From: Schizosaccharomyces osmophilus
Taxonomy: Eukaryota
Assembly (NCBI RefSeq): GCF_027921745.1
Contig: NC_079238.1
Span: 2,294,001-2,358,000 of the forward strand
Direction: 5' to 3'
Length of the DNA: 64,000 bases
Positions 1 to 12,630 of this stretch are shown one piece after another (position 1 is the first letter of the stretch; the number at the start of each line of letters is the position of its first letter). Both the position numbers and the translations under genes were made by a program. The notes under the pieces are model-generated. The model was not told the DNA's origin. It worked only from the letters and a program-made list of their open reading frames with translations, and did not search any database.

Positions 1-3000
1 AAGCATGTTGCTTCGAACGAGCAGCCATCTTTTCATTGGTAGCATCATTATCTTCATCCTCTAAAGATCCTTGAGCAGCACCCTCAACAGGTGCATCAGC
101 AATATTTTCAAGAGGTCTCAAAGCCTCACCAACTTCTGGAGATGACTCATCACCAGCAGATTTCCTTTGTCTTGATTTGGAGAGGTAACCCTTAATGTTT
201 CTGTTAAGAACACGCAGGAAAGTCGAACTTACAGTACGTTCAATTTCTTCCTGTTGGGCACCATATTCTTCTTCATACTCCTTACGGGGATACAAATCTA
301 AATGAATAGCATAAGATTTCGATTGTTCATCAGATCCTTGGCCGGATATTCTTTCGACGACTCGAACCTGCTTGACAACTTCGGATAAAACAAGCTTGTT
401 AACTTCCTTGCAGAAAGCAGCGGAGCGTTCTTTAGAAACGTCATCATTCAAACGCAAAGTCATCTGAGGGGTTTGAATGTTAGCACTAGCGGTCATAATA
501 ATTTCACGCAAACGAGGAATACCCAAAGTAACGTTCTTGGCACCGAAACCAGCAAAGTGGAAAGTGTTCAATGTCATTTGAGTGGAAGGTTCACCAATGG
601 ATTGACTAGCCAAAACACCAACACCTTCACCAGGATCGACAAGGGATTGTTGGTAGCGTAATTGCATCAGTGCTTTAAACTTGGCTTCATTCAACAAGGA
701 CTCATCCTGTTTGCTCTCCTTTTTACCAGCGATCAATTTATCAGGATTGTTTTGAGTATAATCATCAACAGCACGTTGAAACTTCTCAGAAACACTCCCC
801 AGATATCTACTTGGAGGGTATTTGTCCATAACAGGATCATATTTATGAGGTTTCTTAAGTGCCTTCTTAGCATAAGACGAAGCTTTTTCAGAGTCAACAG
901 AAGACAAAACGGACTTAACCTTATACTTTTGAATCAATGACTTGTAATTCCTGGCAGAAAATTCAAATTGCGTAAGATGCTTTTGCTTGGTAACATCTAA
1001 ACTATCCTCACCATAGAAGAATTGAACAATCGAGCCATCAGCATCCCGAACAGTATGATCATATTCTACATTAAGACCTTCCAAGTGCTTCATTAAACAT
1101 CTTTGCAGATAACCAGAGCGACTGGTTTTCACAGCCGTATCGATAAGTCCTTCACGGCCAGCCATACAGTGAAAAAAGTACTCTTGGGGAGCAATACCAG
1201 TCAAGAAGCGACTAGCGATAAAGCCACCTGCCTTGGCAGAAGTCTCATAAGGCAAGAAAGAAGGAAGTGATTTACCGCTAACCATAACTGGTACACGACG
1301 ACCTTCTAGTTCTTGCTGACCAAGTAAACAAGAAATTTGAGAAACATTGACATTACTTCCTTTAGCACCGGATACAGTCATTGCTTGCATGTGATTCTTG
1401 GGGAATTTCGTAAGTAATCCATCGGGAATGCATTTATTAATAACGGAAGACGTAAGACCATTCATTTTACCCTTCACAGTAGCATCCAAGCCCTGTAGTT
1501 TTTCATCGTCACGATAGACTTCTTCTAAATTGGCGTTTAGAACGGAGAGATTAGCGTCCGAAGGCAATCCAACATACTCACTAGCAGCTTCACGACCTAA
1601 ACCCTTACCGCCGTCTAAAAGTTCTCTGCGCCAGACATTACCGATCTCACCAAGTCGCAAGTCATCCATACGACAAGTGAAGCCACGCATTTGAGCGTAC
1701 GCAGTAAAGAGACGGCTTAAAACAGATAATAAGCGACCAGCAATATCAGCACCATAAAGCTCATGAATTGAATGTACAATACCAAAGGAAGAGGCACCAA
1801 AGGATGACTTGTCTAGGACACCGCAAAGCAATTCGCCGTCCTCAAACAACACAGAGCCTTCTTCAGAGTTGGGAGACCAATATTTGCCAGCAACCTTGGC
1901 CTTACCCCTCAGATTCAGTCCCGGACGATCTATAGGCTTCAAGTTCAGTAAGATAGTAGAGATAACTTGCTTTCCTGTCCAGAATATCTTAGGAGCTACA
2001 ACGGCGGGTGGAACTGTCTTAATTCTTCCAAACAGTCCAGTCTCGTCAGGCTTCAAAGCTTGGTAAAGCAACTGTTGGTATTCATCACGTGTATAGAATG
2101 TGTCTTTGCAAGTAAGCCAAACACCCATAACAACGTGATCTTGAATTAAACCTCGAAGAGGGTCACCTGAAGTAGGGACTAGATACTGGGAATCAGTGTT
2201 TGCAATAAATTGAGCTTCCGCGCGTGCATTGGCACTTTGAGGAAAGTGCATATTCATTTCGTCACCGTCAAAATCAGCGTTATAAGAATTACAGTTTGCA
2301 TAATGCATTCTGATAGTCTTTTCTCCGGGAAGAATGCGAGCTTTATGAGCCATCATTGAAGGCTTATGAAGAGTAGGTTGACGGTTGAGGATTAACATAT
2401 CACCATTGCGAACGTGGCGATATACCTTCTTATTGGTGTTGACAAGACGGGAATAAGAATAAGGGGAAGAAATTAAATTGCTTTGAGGTGTTAATAGTTG
2501 GTTAGCAAGTGCAGTACGTTGCTCAGTGGTAAGAGGCATTAGAGAAATAAGGGTGCCGTCCTCATTTTGGATATGAGTAGCACCTGGCCATTTATGAGGG
2601 CCATTGACAACGGCATTTCTCATTTCATTAAAGTTGTAAAGAGTCACAGGCTCAGGATAAGTGAGCTTAGTAGCAAAGACCGGTGGAACACCAATTTCGT
2701 TCGTCTCAATATTGGGGTCAGGAGAAATAACAGATCTAGCCGCATAATTAACACGCTTACCCATCATATGCTTACGGAACAAACCCTCCTTCTTCTCAAG
2801 GATTTGTTTGATTCCTGGTGGAACCATTCTAGATTGGCCCATCTGAGAAGGATTGCGATTGCTGTCGATAAGACTATTAACATCATGTTGAAGTTGAACA
2901 AAAGCACCAATCAAAAGTTCAAAAGCACGAGAACCACGGTCGTAAGCTTCTTTATCTTCAGCGTTCTTAGGAACATTGGTATCCTTGCTCAAAGCAGCAA

Positions 3001-4201
3001 TTTGAATAGATGATTGAAGAATTTTTGTTAAAAGCTCGTTTTGGATGTTTTCGTGGACTTCATCGCCCACTTTAGAAGCAGGGCGGAAACGGGTTGGAGG
3101 AACGGCAACGTTTTGAAGGAAAAACATATCGGCAGTAGCAGCAGAGCCTCGCTTATGAGAGTATAAGCGTGTAAGGACAGAACCCTCCTTACCAAAAAGA
3201 CGACGTAGATGGTTGCGAACCTCTGTGGAGGTCATGTACTTGGCACCATGAGCAGCAGACACCTTGGACTTCTTTTTCATGGGGTTAGCATCCTCCTCCA
3301 TTAAGTCGATGCCCTCGCCTTCATCATCGTTGGAATCAGATTCACCTTCATAGCCTTCGTCCTCAGTATCTTTCTTGCTAGTGTCACGAAGAACATCAGA
3401 ACGAATTTTTCCGGTCTGTGCCATGTATTGCAAATTTTTGCCGCTCAAGGGAAGCTCAAAAATCTTGGCAAATCCTTCTTTACGAAAGTTGGGAGAGAAC
3501 GATTGGCAATTGTCACATTGCTTACGAGAGGTAATGTCACGGTAAAAGGAACGTACAACTTTCTTCCTTTCATGTAAAAGAATAGTAGTAGTGTGAGAAT
3601 CAACGTGAACATTTCCCTTCGCTTCAGCGATAGCATGGTTAACGTATTCATCGCGCAAGCGCATCAAAGTAGATGCATCTTTGGCGATGTCGTCGTTACC
3701 GAGACCGCTATCCTCACTGTCACTGCCACCTTCGGTGCCGGTAGCAGATTTTGGCTTAGTAATAGCAGCCTCAGTAAGGCTGACGTTCTCAACGAGTTGA
3801 GACTCGTTCAACAAACCATTGTCTAACAATTTGAGAATACATCCGTACAAGTGAACCTTTACTTTCGAAAGCTTAAAATGATGGCAGTAAAGACATGTAG
3901 AACGAAGCAAATTGTACATTTGAGAGAAAAACAAAGGATGATACGCGGGAGTAGGAAGAACAATATGGCCAAAATGGCCAGGGCAGTATCTCTCATCCAA
4001 ATGGCATGTTGCACACAATGAATTTTTCAAGTAAGGTCCTAAAGCCAAATCGTACAAACCACCACTAGTAGGGTGGTTTAAATTGTCTAACAAAACTGGA
4101 TTTACGATCTGTTTTACAGATATCTTTTCAATCTGTTCAACGTCGTATATCCCAAAGGTGACATTTTTCACCTCCGAAGAAATCGGGCGTGCAATATTCA
4201 T
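1..4201 (-). CDS. nuc1: RNA polymerase I largest subunit (Rpa190/Nuc1); 3' end runs off the window
   Basis: Manual minus-strand translation from ATG 4201: MNIARPISSEVKNVTFGIYDV...CATCHLDERYCPGHFGHI (Zn site); catalytic NADFDGD at about 2261-2282; absent from the ORF track because there is no stop in the window. Confidence 0.97.
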   Translation of the reverse strand, partial: MNIARPISSEVKNVTFGIYDVEQIEKISVKQIVNPVLLDNLNHPTSGGLYDLALGPYLKNSLCATCHLDERYCPGHFGHIVLPTPAYHPLFFSQMYNLLRSTCLYCHHFKLSKVKVHLYGCILKLLDNGLLNESQLVENVSLTEAAITKPKSATGTEGGSDSEDSGLGNDDIAKDASTLMRLRDEYVNHAIAEAKGNVHVDSHTTTILLHERKKVVRSFYRDITSRKQCDNCQSFSPNFRKEGFAKIFELPLSGKNLQYMAQTGKIRSDVLRDTSKKDTEDEGYEGESDSNDDEGEGIDLMEEDANPMKKKSKVSAAHGAKYMTSTEVRNHLRRLFGKEGSVLTRLYSHKRGSAATADMFFLQNVAVPPTRFRPASKVGDEVHENIQNELLTKILQSSIQIAALSKDTNVPKNAEDKEAYDRGSRAFELLIGAFVQLQHDVNSLIDSNRNPSQMGQSRMVPPGIKQILEKKEGLFRKHMMGKRVNYAARSVISPDPNIETNEIGVPPVFATKLTYPEPVTLYNFNEMRNAVVNGPHKWPGATHIQNEDGTLISLMPLTTEQRTALANQLLTPQSNLISSPYSYSRLVNTNKKVYRHVRNGDMLILNRQPTLHKPSMMAHKARILPGEKTIRMHYANCNSYNADFDGDEMNMHFPQSANARAEAQFIANTDSQYLVPTSGDPLRGLIQDHVVMGVWLTCKDTFYTRDEYQQLLYQALKPDETGLFGRIKTVPPAVVAPKIFWTGKQVISTILLNLKPIDRPGLNLRGKAKVAGKYWSPNSEEGSVLFEDGELLCGVLDKSSFGASSFGIVHSIHELYGADIAGRLLSVLSRLFTAYAQMRGFTCRMDDLRLGEIGNVWRRELLDGGKGLGREAASEYVGLPSDANLSVLNANLEEVYRDDEKLQGLDATVKGKMNGLTSSVINKCIPDGLLTKFPKNHMQAMTVSGAKGSNVNVSQISCLLGQQELEGRRVPVMVSGKSLPSFLPYETSAKAGGFIASRFLTGIAPQEYFFHCMAGREGLIDTAVKTSRSGYLQRCLMKHLEGLNVEYDHTVRDADGSIVQFFYGEDSLDVTKQKHLTQFEFSARNYKSLIQKYKVKSVLSSVDSEKASSYAKKALKKPHKYDPVMDKYPPSRYLGSVSEKFQRAVDDYTQNNPDKLIAGKKESKQDESLLNEAKFKALMQLRYQQSLVDPGEGVGVLASQSIGEPSTQMTLNTFHFAGFGAKNVTLGIPRLREIIMTASANIQTPQMTLRLNDDVSKERSAAFCKEVNKLVLSEVVKQVRVVERISGQGSDEQSKSYAIHLDLYPRKEYEEEYGAQQEEIERTVSSTFLRVLNRNIKGYLSKSRQRKSAGDESSPEVGEALRPLENIADAPVEGAAQGSLEDEDNDATNEKMAARSKQHA

Positions 4202-5044
4202 TATACTATTTTTTCATATATATGATCTTGCACATATAATCCGCCTACAGACCTCTTTGGTGCTGTACGAAAATAACCGTTTTCCACTGGCAGTATTTTG
4301 CTAAAGTCCGGTGAAGATGTGAGCGAATTCTATAAAAATTTCGTTTATAGACACGCAGTAGCTCGTAATTTTTTGTTACACAGGCTGTTGAGGTAACATT
4401 GTTGAGTAACAATATTATACACAAATCCATGATATGAATATGCAACAATATTGTTTAGCAGTAAAAGTGTTCTGAATATGGAATAATTCTATTAATTCAA
4501 TAAACAATGCTTCGCTCTCTACATAGAGAACTTTCAAGGGAGCTTGATCGGTAGTTTCAATTCCTTGCTTTTTTTCTCACCAGCCGTAGTTGAAATGATC
4601 TCGCGGTTTCATGAGTTGTAAGCCAAGCAGGATTGAACTGTTTATGTGTAGGATAAGTTGAATAATATTACAACCATTATTAATATCTTTCGTCTGGTGG
4701 TAGATATGGTTACTTCATCACTCTTGTAAAAATAAAACTTCACGCTGCAATTTCTGTATCACCCTAGTTTGAATAGGTTAATTGGAATTGCTAGAATGAA
4801 CGATACTCTTTTTAAGCAAAGATATACCTTTGAAGGAAGTGTTCCGTGAACACTTATTACGAAAACCACCACGCTCAGATTTAGACATTTTTAGAATTAA
4901 ATTCTTTGCGTTTTTTATGAATTTCTAGGAATTGTAACTTACATAATGTAAGAAAACTGCCTATTGACTTTAAGCTCCTTTACGTGGTGCATTTTCTAGT
5001 TTCAGTTTCAATTTACAACAACCACACACCGCACCTATCGCGTA

Positions 5045-7401
5045 ATGGAATCGTTGACAAAAACGGAATATGTAACAGCGGTTCTGGTAAGACTTATTGA
5101 TGTAGAAGAAAAAGTTCTCTAACGAAATAGTCAAACTGCTCTCCGAAGGACAGCATGTCCTTGTATCGGCAAAGGTTGGAGCAGGTTCGTTCAGACAACG
5201 ACGTGTTGGGATATTGGATTCGTGAGCGTACGGAAATTGAAAAACAATACTCGATGAACTTGCATAAATTAGCAATGAGCATGCAGAATACCAAATCTCA
5301 ATCTATGAGCTTTCATGACGCGTGGCAGCAATTGGAAGCGGAAACGCTAGAAACTGCAAAGTATAGTAACCAAATGACGCACCAAATGGGCTCGCAAATT
5401 TATAAGCCACTGGTGGAATACTATACCAGTTCTCCGCAAACTGCAGCAGTTCGGGAACTTGCAGAGCGATTGACAAATATTGCGAATGAGATATCTCCAA
5501 ATCAAGGGTTAACGAAAATATCTAAGTCTCTAAAATCCGATACGTTAAATTCAAGAGCTAATTGGGATGCCGAAGCCCCTTTAGCTTTTGAGAAGCTACA
5601 GAATCTGGATGAAGAACATTTGTTGATGCTTAAACAAGTATATTCTTCTATCGCTAGCTTGCAAAGTGATGCTTGCGCTTCGCATCAGAATCTTCTTTCC
5701 AAATCTATGGAAGTCTATATGGAATTACCGATTGAAAATGAAATCAAAAAGTTTTCCGAATCTGCTATGTTAGTAACAGAGCCTTCATCAAACCTTGGAA
5801 CACCAAGCTCACTTCTCTCTTCCACCGAGGACAAGCCAAAGGAACATGGTAGAGAGGGCAACTTGAAGAGTCGCGTGACAACCTTGTTTCGTCGAAAAAC
5901 AATAGCTAAGAATAGCAATAGATCGTCTCCAAAGTCTCCTAAGTCTCCTCGTGCAAGCAAGCTCGGTAATCTTTTTGGCAAACAAGGAAAGGATCCTAAC
6001 AAAGAGTCTAAAAGATTGGCCTCATCTCCTGCTGCCAACAGTAGTGTTCCTTCTTTGTCCGAACAGTCTCATACATCTTCATTCGCTAGACCCGTACATG
6101 ATTTTCGAGTCAACCATGGGGCATCGGAAGATGAAACCGAAGAAACTATTCGACCAAATGTGTCAGACAGAAACCGCCTCAGTCCTTCATTGGATCGACC
6201 TGATTTGTATGGACAGAATAATATTTCTTCGCAAAAAATTGATAAAAGTGTTCAGAAGCCTGAACCTGTCATTGGTACGGAACGGATGGAAAAGAACGAT
6301 ACACCATTTTCCGATCCGGGTGATTTTGAACCGGCCAATCCTTCCTCGCCTTCAGCAATCCCTTCGACTCCACAGATTGAAAGCAAGCAAGTACCTGGGA
6401 GTGACAAAACTGCAATTGATAATGTTAGCAGCACTCTTCGAAGAAACACCAGTTTGAGCAGATACCGTTCTCTAGGACGCGCAAACAACTCAACTTCAAC
6501 GGACCAATTGAACGATTTGAATAGCTTACCTAACCTTTCGACATTATCTCTTCAGTCGCTGAATCGTCAAGAGTCACTTCCTGGTTGGCTTCCGGAACTA
6601 CCGAAGACTGCTGGTTTGTCTGCAGCAATTGTAGAAACTTTTTCAGGTGAACTCACGGATTCAGGTTTATTACACCCATCTTGCTTTGGAACCGTATACT
6701 TGAAATACACTCCAAATATTGGCCAGTTTGGTAAGATAGTCGGCATTCAACTTGCATCTGGTTTTCCGTTATCTATTAAAATGCAGGATGAAGAACGTGT
6801 TCAACCTTCTTCTTCACATGACTGTTTCCAATTGGCTACAGGAAAATTGGAAACTCCTAATCCTGCTTTAACTTATGACTTGCAGTTGGATAGCGTCAAT
6901 GGTGCTCGTTCCATTCCTCTGACTGTTGTTCAAAAATGGAAGCACGAAGAGACCGCTAGCAGTATGATTGCTTTTGTAAAGCCCAACGCGGCATGGAAGG
7001 ACCTTGGGAACACACTCTCTCTTCAAAAACTCGTTATGACTGTGTATTTGGGTGAAAACATCATTGTCAAAGGTTGCCAGAGCTCTCCTGCGGGAGAGTT
7101 TAGTAGAAAAACAAGCAAGCTGAAGCTTTATTTTTCTGAAATAACAGTTCCCTCTTCTGGATTCAAGGTGCTTGCCCACTTTGATGTTAGCCCAAGTACC
7201 GCCATTCGTAAACCGGTAATTGGTTTGCACTTTACAATGAATGACAAATCAAATGATGCGGGTCTGGTAAAACTGTTGGAAAGACCTGAATTTGAAAGCC
7301 CTAATTCAAGCCATAGGTCTGTCCTGGAAACTGCTTACGAACAAAAGGCAGTTCCAACGTTTTACATCTCACAGATCCGTGATTGTATATTTTATGCCTA
7401 A
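5045..7401 (+). CDS. syp1: F-BAR / muniscin (mu-homology domain) endocytic adaptor Syp1
   Basis: Exon 1 5045-5086 (MESLTKTEYVTAVL), intron 5087-5130 (GTAAGA..CTAAC..TAG) joins in frame to the 748-aa ORF; N-terminal helical F-BAR, Ser/Pro-rich linker, C-terminal MHD; synteny. Confidence 0.88.
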
Positions 7402-7777
7402 AAAAAGGAAAAGACTATTGCTTCTTTCCATTACTAAGACTATCAATCGTTTCTCTGAATGTTTTTTTTGTTTTTTTTTTCGTTGACGTTTGCTAATGAT
7501 GTTGATGTGCTTACTGTCATTTCCATAAAGTTTTTACTTAGAGTAGTCGTTTTTATTTTATCTATGTCTATTTAACATCGTCCCAAGTCCTTTGTTTTTG
7601 TTTTTGAATAAAATTTATTCTATTCAATTTCTTCCTTTTCTATACCTTTGGTATACTAACTATTAAAAAACGTTTTGTAACGTACAGTGCATTTCAAAGA
7701 GCTACGCTAAATTTTTGACTTAGTGATTGTAGTTAGCATTGAACTTGAGTGTAGCCAACCACAAAAAATTTTGGAAA

Positions 7778-8686
7778 ATGGTTTTAGAGGCAAAACATGC
7801 ACTTCATTTGGGAAAGCCATATTCTAAGGCAGGCCCTGTTCACGCTGTAATTGAACCTTCCGTTTTGTTTTCCATCCTTGATGATTCTACTAGAAGAAGT
7901 GAAAACAATCAAAGAGTGATCGGAACTTTGTTAGGAATTCGCTCTGAAGATGGTCGCGAAATTGAAGTGAAGAGTTGTTTTGCTGTCCCTCACAATGAGA
8001 GCAGCGAACAAGTTGAAGTAGAAATGGAATATCACAGAGCTATGTACCACTTGCACTTGAAGGCTAATCCCCGTGAAGTAGTGGTGGGTTGGTATGCTAC
8101 TTCCTCAGATTTAGATGCATTCAGTGCTTTGATTCAAAATCTTTATGCCTCTCCTCCTGAGCAAGGTTCTCCTGCTTTGGGCACTTACCCTCATCCCTGT
8201 ATCCATTTGACTGTTGATACCGATGTGAGCACTCCTTTAAGCATTCAAACTTACCTCTCCTCTCCTGTTGGAATCACCGAAAAACTTGCCGACAGTTGTG
8301 CTTTTGTTCCTACTCCTTATAGCATTCGGGACAACGAAGCTATTCGCTCTGGTTTGAAGGCTGTCGCTGCTCCCAAGAACGATCCTTCCCGTATCGCTGG
8401 TTTATTTACTGATCTTCAACAATTAAAGCGTTCCACTTTGGAAGTTCTCTCAATGATTGAACGTGTTTCAGACTATGTTCAAAATGTCATTGATGGTTCT
8501 TCTCCTGCCAACGTTGCTGTCGGTAGATACTTGGTGAGATGTCTCAGTCTCGTCCCTAGCATCGAGGGACAAGAATTTGAGAAAATCTTTTCTTCTCACT
8601 TGCAAGACGTCTTGGTTGTTGTTTACCTTGCAAATACCCTCCGTACCCAGATTGATGTTGCCTCACGTTTAAATGTGCTTCCTTAA
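7778..8686 (+). CDS. tif306: Translation initiation factor eIF3 subunit f (MPN domain)
   Basis: MPN motifs RVIGTLLG, CFAVPHNE, VVGWY; C-terminus HLQDVLVVVYLANTLRTQ; first ATG at 7778. Confidence 0.92.
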   Translation: MVLEAKHALHLGKPYSKAGPVHAVIEPSVLFSILDDSTRRSENNQRVIGTLLGIRSEDGREIEVKSCFAVPHNESSEQVEVEMEYHRAMYHLHLKANPREVVVGWYATSSDLDAFSALIQNLYASPPEQGSPALGTYPHPCIHLTVDTDVSTPLSIQTYLSSPVGITEKLADSCAFVPTPYSIRDNEAIRSGLKAVAAPKNDPSRIAGLFTDLQQLKRSTLEVLSMIERVSDYVQNVIDGSSPANVAVGRYLVRCLSLVPSIEGQEFEKIFSSHLQDVLVVVYLANTLRTQIDVASRLNVLP

Positions 8687-9040
8687 AGAATAGGGAAGTT
8701 TTGATGGATTTCTTTCACTGAATAAGTGGATTATCTGCTATTTAAGGGGTAATGGATAATACCATTTTGCTTTTGTAAAAGTGAACGTTGACGATTGTCG
8801 TATTTTTAACTCATCACTAATAGGTTTCTATTGTTTATTTCAAAACTCCATCTTTAGTAATAGGTAGTCTCATTTTAAGATGCTTAAAACATTATAAATA
8901 AATTTAGGTTCCATTTCGGGTTTTGATTACGACGTGCGTAGTTTAATAATTTGGAATGATCAATTAAATCTTTAACAAATAGATTTACTTATACATGTTG
9001 TGTGGGATTCTTCAAGTTCTTTTGTAAACCCTCTGTTGTG

Positions 9041-9204
9041 TATTTGTTTACACTGTACTGAAACAAATCTCCTCTTACTACATACAATGCTGAAATATCT
9101 TTCACGCACCACAAATTTTTATTTAAAAAGTATATATATATAAAGTTTTGGAGTATACTTTTGTGGTCCATCAGTTTGCTTTCCTCAAACACCTATTTGT
9201 TTAC
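9041..9204 (-). promoter_or_regulatory. Two identical forkhead/FLEX elements (GTAAACAAATA) upstream of otg2
   Basis: TATTTGTTTAC at 9041-9051 and 9194-9204. Confidence 0.55.
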
Positions 9205-9282
9205 GCTGATAGTTTCGTTGACCAGGGCCATTTTGGGCCAGCATAACAGCTCCAATTGGTTATTCCAAACCCTTTTATTGAT

Positions 9283-10401
9283 ATGATTTTCTCGATGCTC
9301 TTTTCGAATTCTATATCTACGCGCCAAGCTAAAAGATATTGCGTCTTCCTCTTGGCTTCGGTGTTATTCCTCATCTTGACTTGGGAATGCTTGTATGTTT
9401 ACAAGAATAGTCCAGATATCCAACGTTCTGTTAATTCCCTGGCGGGTCGTTCGCCTGTCAAGCCTTTTGCGTTCGTTACCATGCTACTGGCTTCACCTTT
9501 GAAAGCCGATGAGACTAATCAACCAGTACAAGATTGGTACTACAATGCAACAAGGTTATTGGTATACAGATTATCGCATTACCCTGACACAAAGAGTAAA
9601 TTCCCTGTCATCGTAATGGTTACAAAAGGAATTGAGAATTGGAAACTGGAGCAGCTTAAAGGTGACGGAGCTATCGTCAAAGTGGTTGATCCCTTGTATG
9701 CCGACGATGTCGTTGACAATGTCAATGACATGGCTGTCTTGGACACCAGATGGAGCATGATGTATACTAAATTACGCATCTTTGAAATGTACGAATACGA
9801 GCGGCTATGCTTCGTAGATAGCGACATTCTTCCAATTCGAAATATGGACGGAGTATTTGATGTTCGTGAACAAACGTCTGCCTATCTCAGCTCCTTTGAG
9901 CTTCTCAATAAGCTACGCAGGTTTTTGGATGGGAAAAAATACACAGAGGATTTTTCTGCTTATGATCTTCGAAGAAAAGACTTTTATCCTTATGTTTTCG
10001 CTGCTGTTTCTGATCCTGGCTTGTGGCACGACACTCCTCCCGAGTTTCGAGACTACTTTAATGCAGGCTTGTTTGTTTTCCATCCATCTACGGCACATTA
10101 TAAGCGTCTAATGACTCTGGCTAGATTTCCTAAACTGTACGATAATGCAAATATGATGGAACAAAGTTTATTGAATTTTGCATACAGCTCCGCCGGAGAA
10201 TTTCCATGGGAACCGCTAGATTGGACCTATAATGGAGTATGGACTCGTAGACCAGATCTTGCGTATTTGAAAAACGTTCACGGAAAGCTTTGGCAAGAAG
10301 AGGGAAGTATGGGATATGACCCAGACACATCTTCTCTTTGGTGGCGGGCCCTTGGCGAAATGGATCACTTTTATAAGGAACATAACAGTATAGAAGCCTG
10401 A
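9283..10401 (+). CDS. otg2: GT8-family alpha-1,3-galactosyltransferase (Otg2/Mug136-like), type II membrane protein
   Basis: N-terminal TM, TKLRIF, FVDSD (DxD), [19 protein letters not shown]; first of a tandem pair; name from synteny. Confidence 0.82.
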   Translation: MIFSMLFSNSISTRQAKRYCVFLLASVLFLILTWECLYVYKNSPDIQRSVNSLAGRSPVKPFAFVTMLLASPLKADETNQPVQDWYYNATRLLVYRLSHYPDTKSKFPVIVMVTKGIENWKLEQLKGDGAIVKVVDPLYADDVVDNVNDMAVLDTRWSMMYTKLRIFEMYEYERLCFVDSDILPIRNMDGVFDVREQTSAYLSSFELLNKLRRFLDGKKYTEDFSAYDLRRKDFYPYVFAAVSDPGLWHDTPPEFRDYFNAGLFVFHPSTAHYKRLMTLARFPKLYDNANMMEQSLLNFAYSSAGEFPWEPLDWTYNGVWTRRPDLAYLKNVHGKLWQEEGSMGYDPDTSSLWWRALGEMDHFYKEHNSIEA

Positions 10402-11056
10402 AAAACGCAATAGGATGGAAGTACCTCACGCAAACTAACATAAGTCGTCCTCCAATGATAAGCTTATTCATTGTCTCAACTTGTTTTTCACCTTTTTTTC
10501 AAGTTAAGACCTTTTTTTTTTAATAATAGCCATGTTGTCGACTATCAACAAGATGCAGGGGCATATCATCCATTCCACTTTGAATGAATTGTTACGAAGG
10601 TGATAACGAGATGGTATTCTATCCTTTTTTTTTTGTCTCAAATAATGTAACAACAAACATTTTTACTTTTGAAGAAGAATATTGAGGGACTAGTAATCCT
10701 GTAACCGTTTTCTTAGTGTTTTTTTATTCCACAAGAGAATTAAGCAAACGATGTCACAATGGTGTAGAAGAAATTTGCTTATAGCATTTATTTAAATAAT
10801 TTAAATAAATAATGACTAGTTTATAATATTAAATGGATGTTGGTGATGTATTTGTTCAATCCGATGTATGTCTTTCTTTGTCAGACTACACTAGCACCCT
10901 CCCTTTAAGTAATTTTAGCCGTATTGCAGCATCAACGCACACTTAATGAATGTTTTATAAAACCTTTAACATTGCATAATTTACAGAAAGTCTTGTTTTC
11001 AATTGTCAGTTGCGTTAAGAGGAATTCTGTCTAGAGATAAATTACGCCTTTACAAT

Positions 11057-12184
11057 ATGAATCTATGGAACCGAGCAATGTTTATTTCGAAAGCGTTTCT
11101 TCGTTCGAAGTTACTTCTTGTCGCATTTTTGATAGTGATGAACCTGGGGCTACTTTTTGTACTACATGTATATCGAAATCCTGGGTACCCAGGCTCTTCT
11201 TTGGTGGCTTCTCATCTGGGATCACACAAGCATGGACCTTTTTATAACCAAACTAGTGATAATCCAAGCCGATATACGTATATGGGGCTTTTGACACTTC
11301 CAACTTCTGATGACGATGTATACTTCAATGCGACCAGATTGCTAGTCTATCGGCTAAATCATCATCCTAAAACAAAAAGCCAATATCCAGTTCATATACT
11401 TGTTATGAAAGGAGTGGATCAATGGAAAATTGATCGCCTGTGCAAAGATGGTGCGAAAATTATTATGGTGGATCGAGTGCGAACAGAAGATTTAGTAGAT
11501 GAAGGTCTATCAATTGCTCCAGGAAGTAATCGATATGAGTATATGTTTACAAAGCTGAGCGTTTTCGAACAGACTCAGTTCGATAAAATTTGCATTTTAG
11601 ACAGTGATTTGCTTATTCGCAAAAACATTGACGATATATTTAAAACACCATATACATTTACATCTCCTGAAGCACCCGATTTGGAACAGCTTCCTCTGTT
11701 TTTGAAGCCCGGTGACGAAGAAGAATCTCAGTTTGGGGATGATTTCAAATCGTATGGGGCTGCGAAAGAAGAGTTCTATCCTTATTTAGTTGCTGCTTCT
11801 GACGATCGTAACCCTGGCCATCCTACTCCTCCTGAACCATCGGAAACCTTCAATGCAGGTTTGATGCTTGTTCATCCCAGCAAGCTTCATCTTCATCGTA
11901 TAAAGATGATAGCTCGGTATCCTTTCATGTATGACAACGCTAGGATGATGGAGCAAAGTTTGTTAAATCTAGCGTATAATGCACACGGGTGGTTCCCTTG
12001 GACAAGGATTGACTTCTCTTATAATGGGGTTTGGATTACGGAGGAAGATCTGCCTTATATTCGTGCAGCTCATGGAAAGTTTTGGGAGCATGACAATCAG
12101 GAGTTTCCTCCTATACTGGCTGCGGAATGGAGTCAAGCATTTGGTGAAATGAATGCCTTTTATAATTATGAGGGCGGTAACTAA
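11057..12184 (+). CDS. otg3: GT8-family alpha-1,3-galactosyltransferase (Otg3-like)
   Basis: N-terminal [32 protein letters not shown]; paralogue of the upstream gene; name from synteny. Confidence 0.82.
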   Translation: MNLWNRAMFISKAFLRSKLLLVAFLIVMNLGLLFVLHVYRNPGYPGSSLVASHLGSHKHGPFYNQTSDNPSRYTYMGLLTLPTSDDDVYFNATRLLVYRLNHHPKTKSQYPVHILVMKGVDQWKIDRLCKDGAKIIMVDRVRTEDLVDEGLSIAPGSNRYEYMFTKLSVFEQTQFDKICILDSDLLIRKNIDDIFKTPYTFTSPEAPDLEQLPLFLKPGDEEESQFGDDFKSYGAAKEEFYPYLVAASDDRNPGHPTPPEPSETFNAGLMLVHPSKLHLHRIKMIARYPFMYDNARMMEQSLLNLAYNAHGWFPWTRIDFSYNGVWITEEDLPYIRAAHGKFWEHDNQEFPPILAAEWSQAFGEMNAFYNYEGGN

Positions 12185-12630
12185 ATTCTAATACGAAAAC
12201 ATCAGGGCAAAATTCCATAATCCTTTTAATATCTTCGATTTTTATTTTAGTCAACCTTGAATTGTTTCTATTATCTGACCCTGTTTTAATTTTTTTCTAG
12301 TGCTCGTTAATTGCCAATGTCTTTTTGCATATCTCACTAATGTTATTTAAACGTTTTATACTGAATATTGTTACTCTAATTTGAAGTTATACTTTTGATT
12401 CTTTTCTTATTTACGGTTATGGGAATTTTGACTGAATTTTATAATTGTAGTCCCGGTTCCAAAATTTATAAAAGGAAATGTGTAAATTCTATTTGCATTG
12501 TACGGATCGTCATATAGTCAACAATTTCTTTAAAAATAAGTAGTCATGGAAAGGTATTGTGTTTAGTAGTCCATTTGAAAAGATGCATAAGTAAAACCAC
12601 ACTCTTACTAATCATAAGGTGGGCAGAAAA

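Noticed and set aside
473..4304. Several + strand ORFs of 60-148 aa
   Set aside because: Antisense shadows of the nuc1 coding sequence with no protein-like motifs
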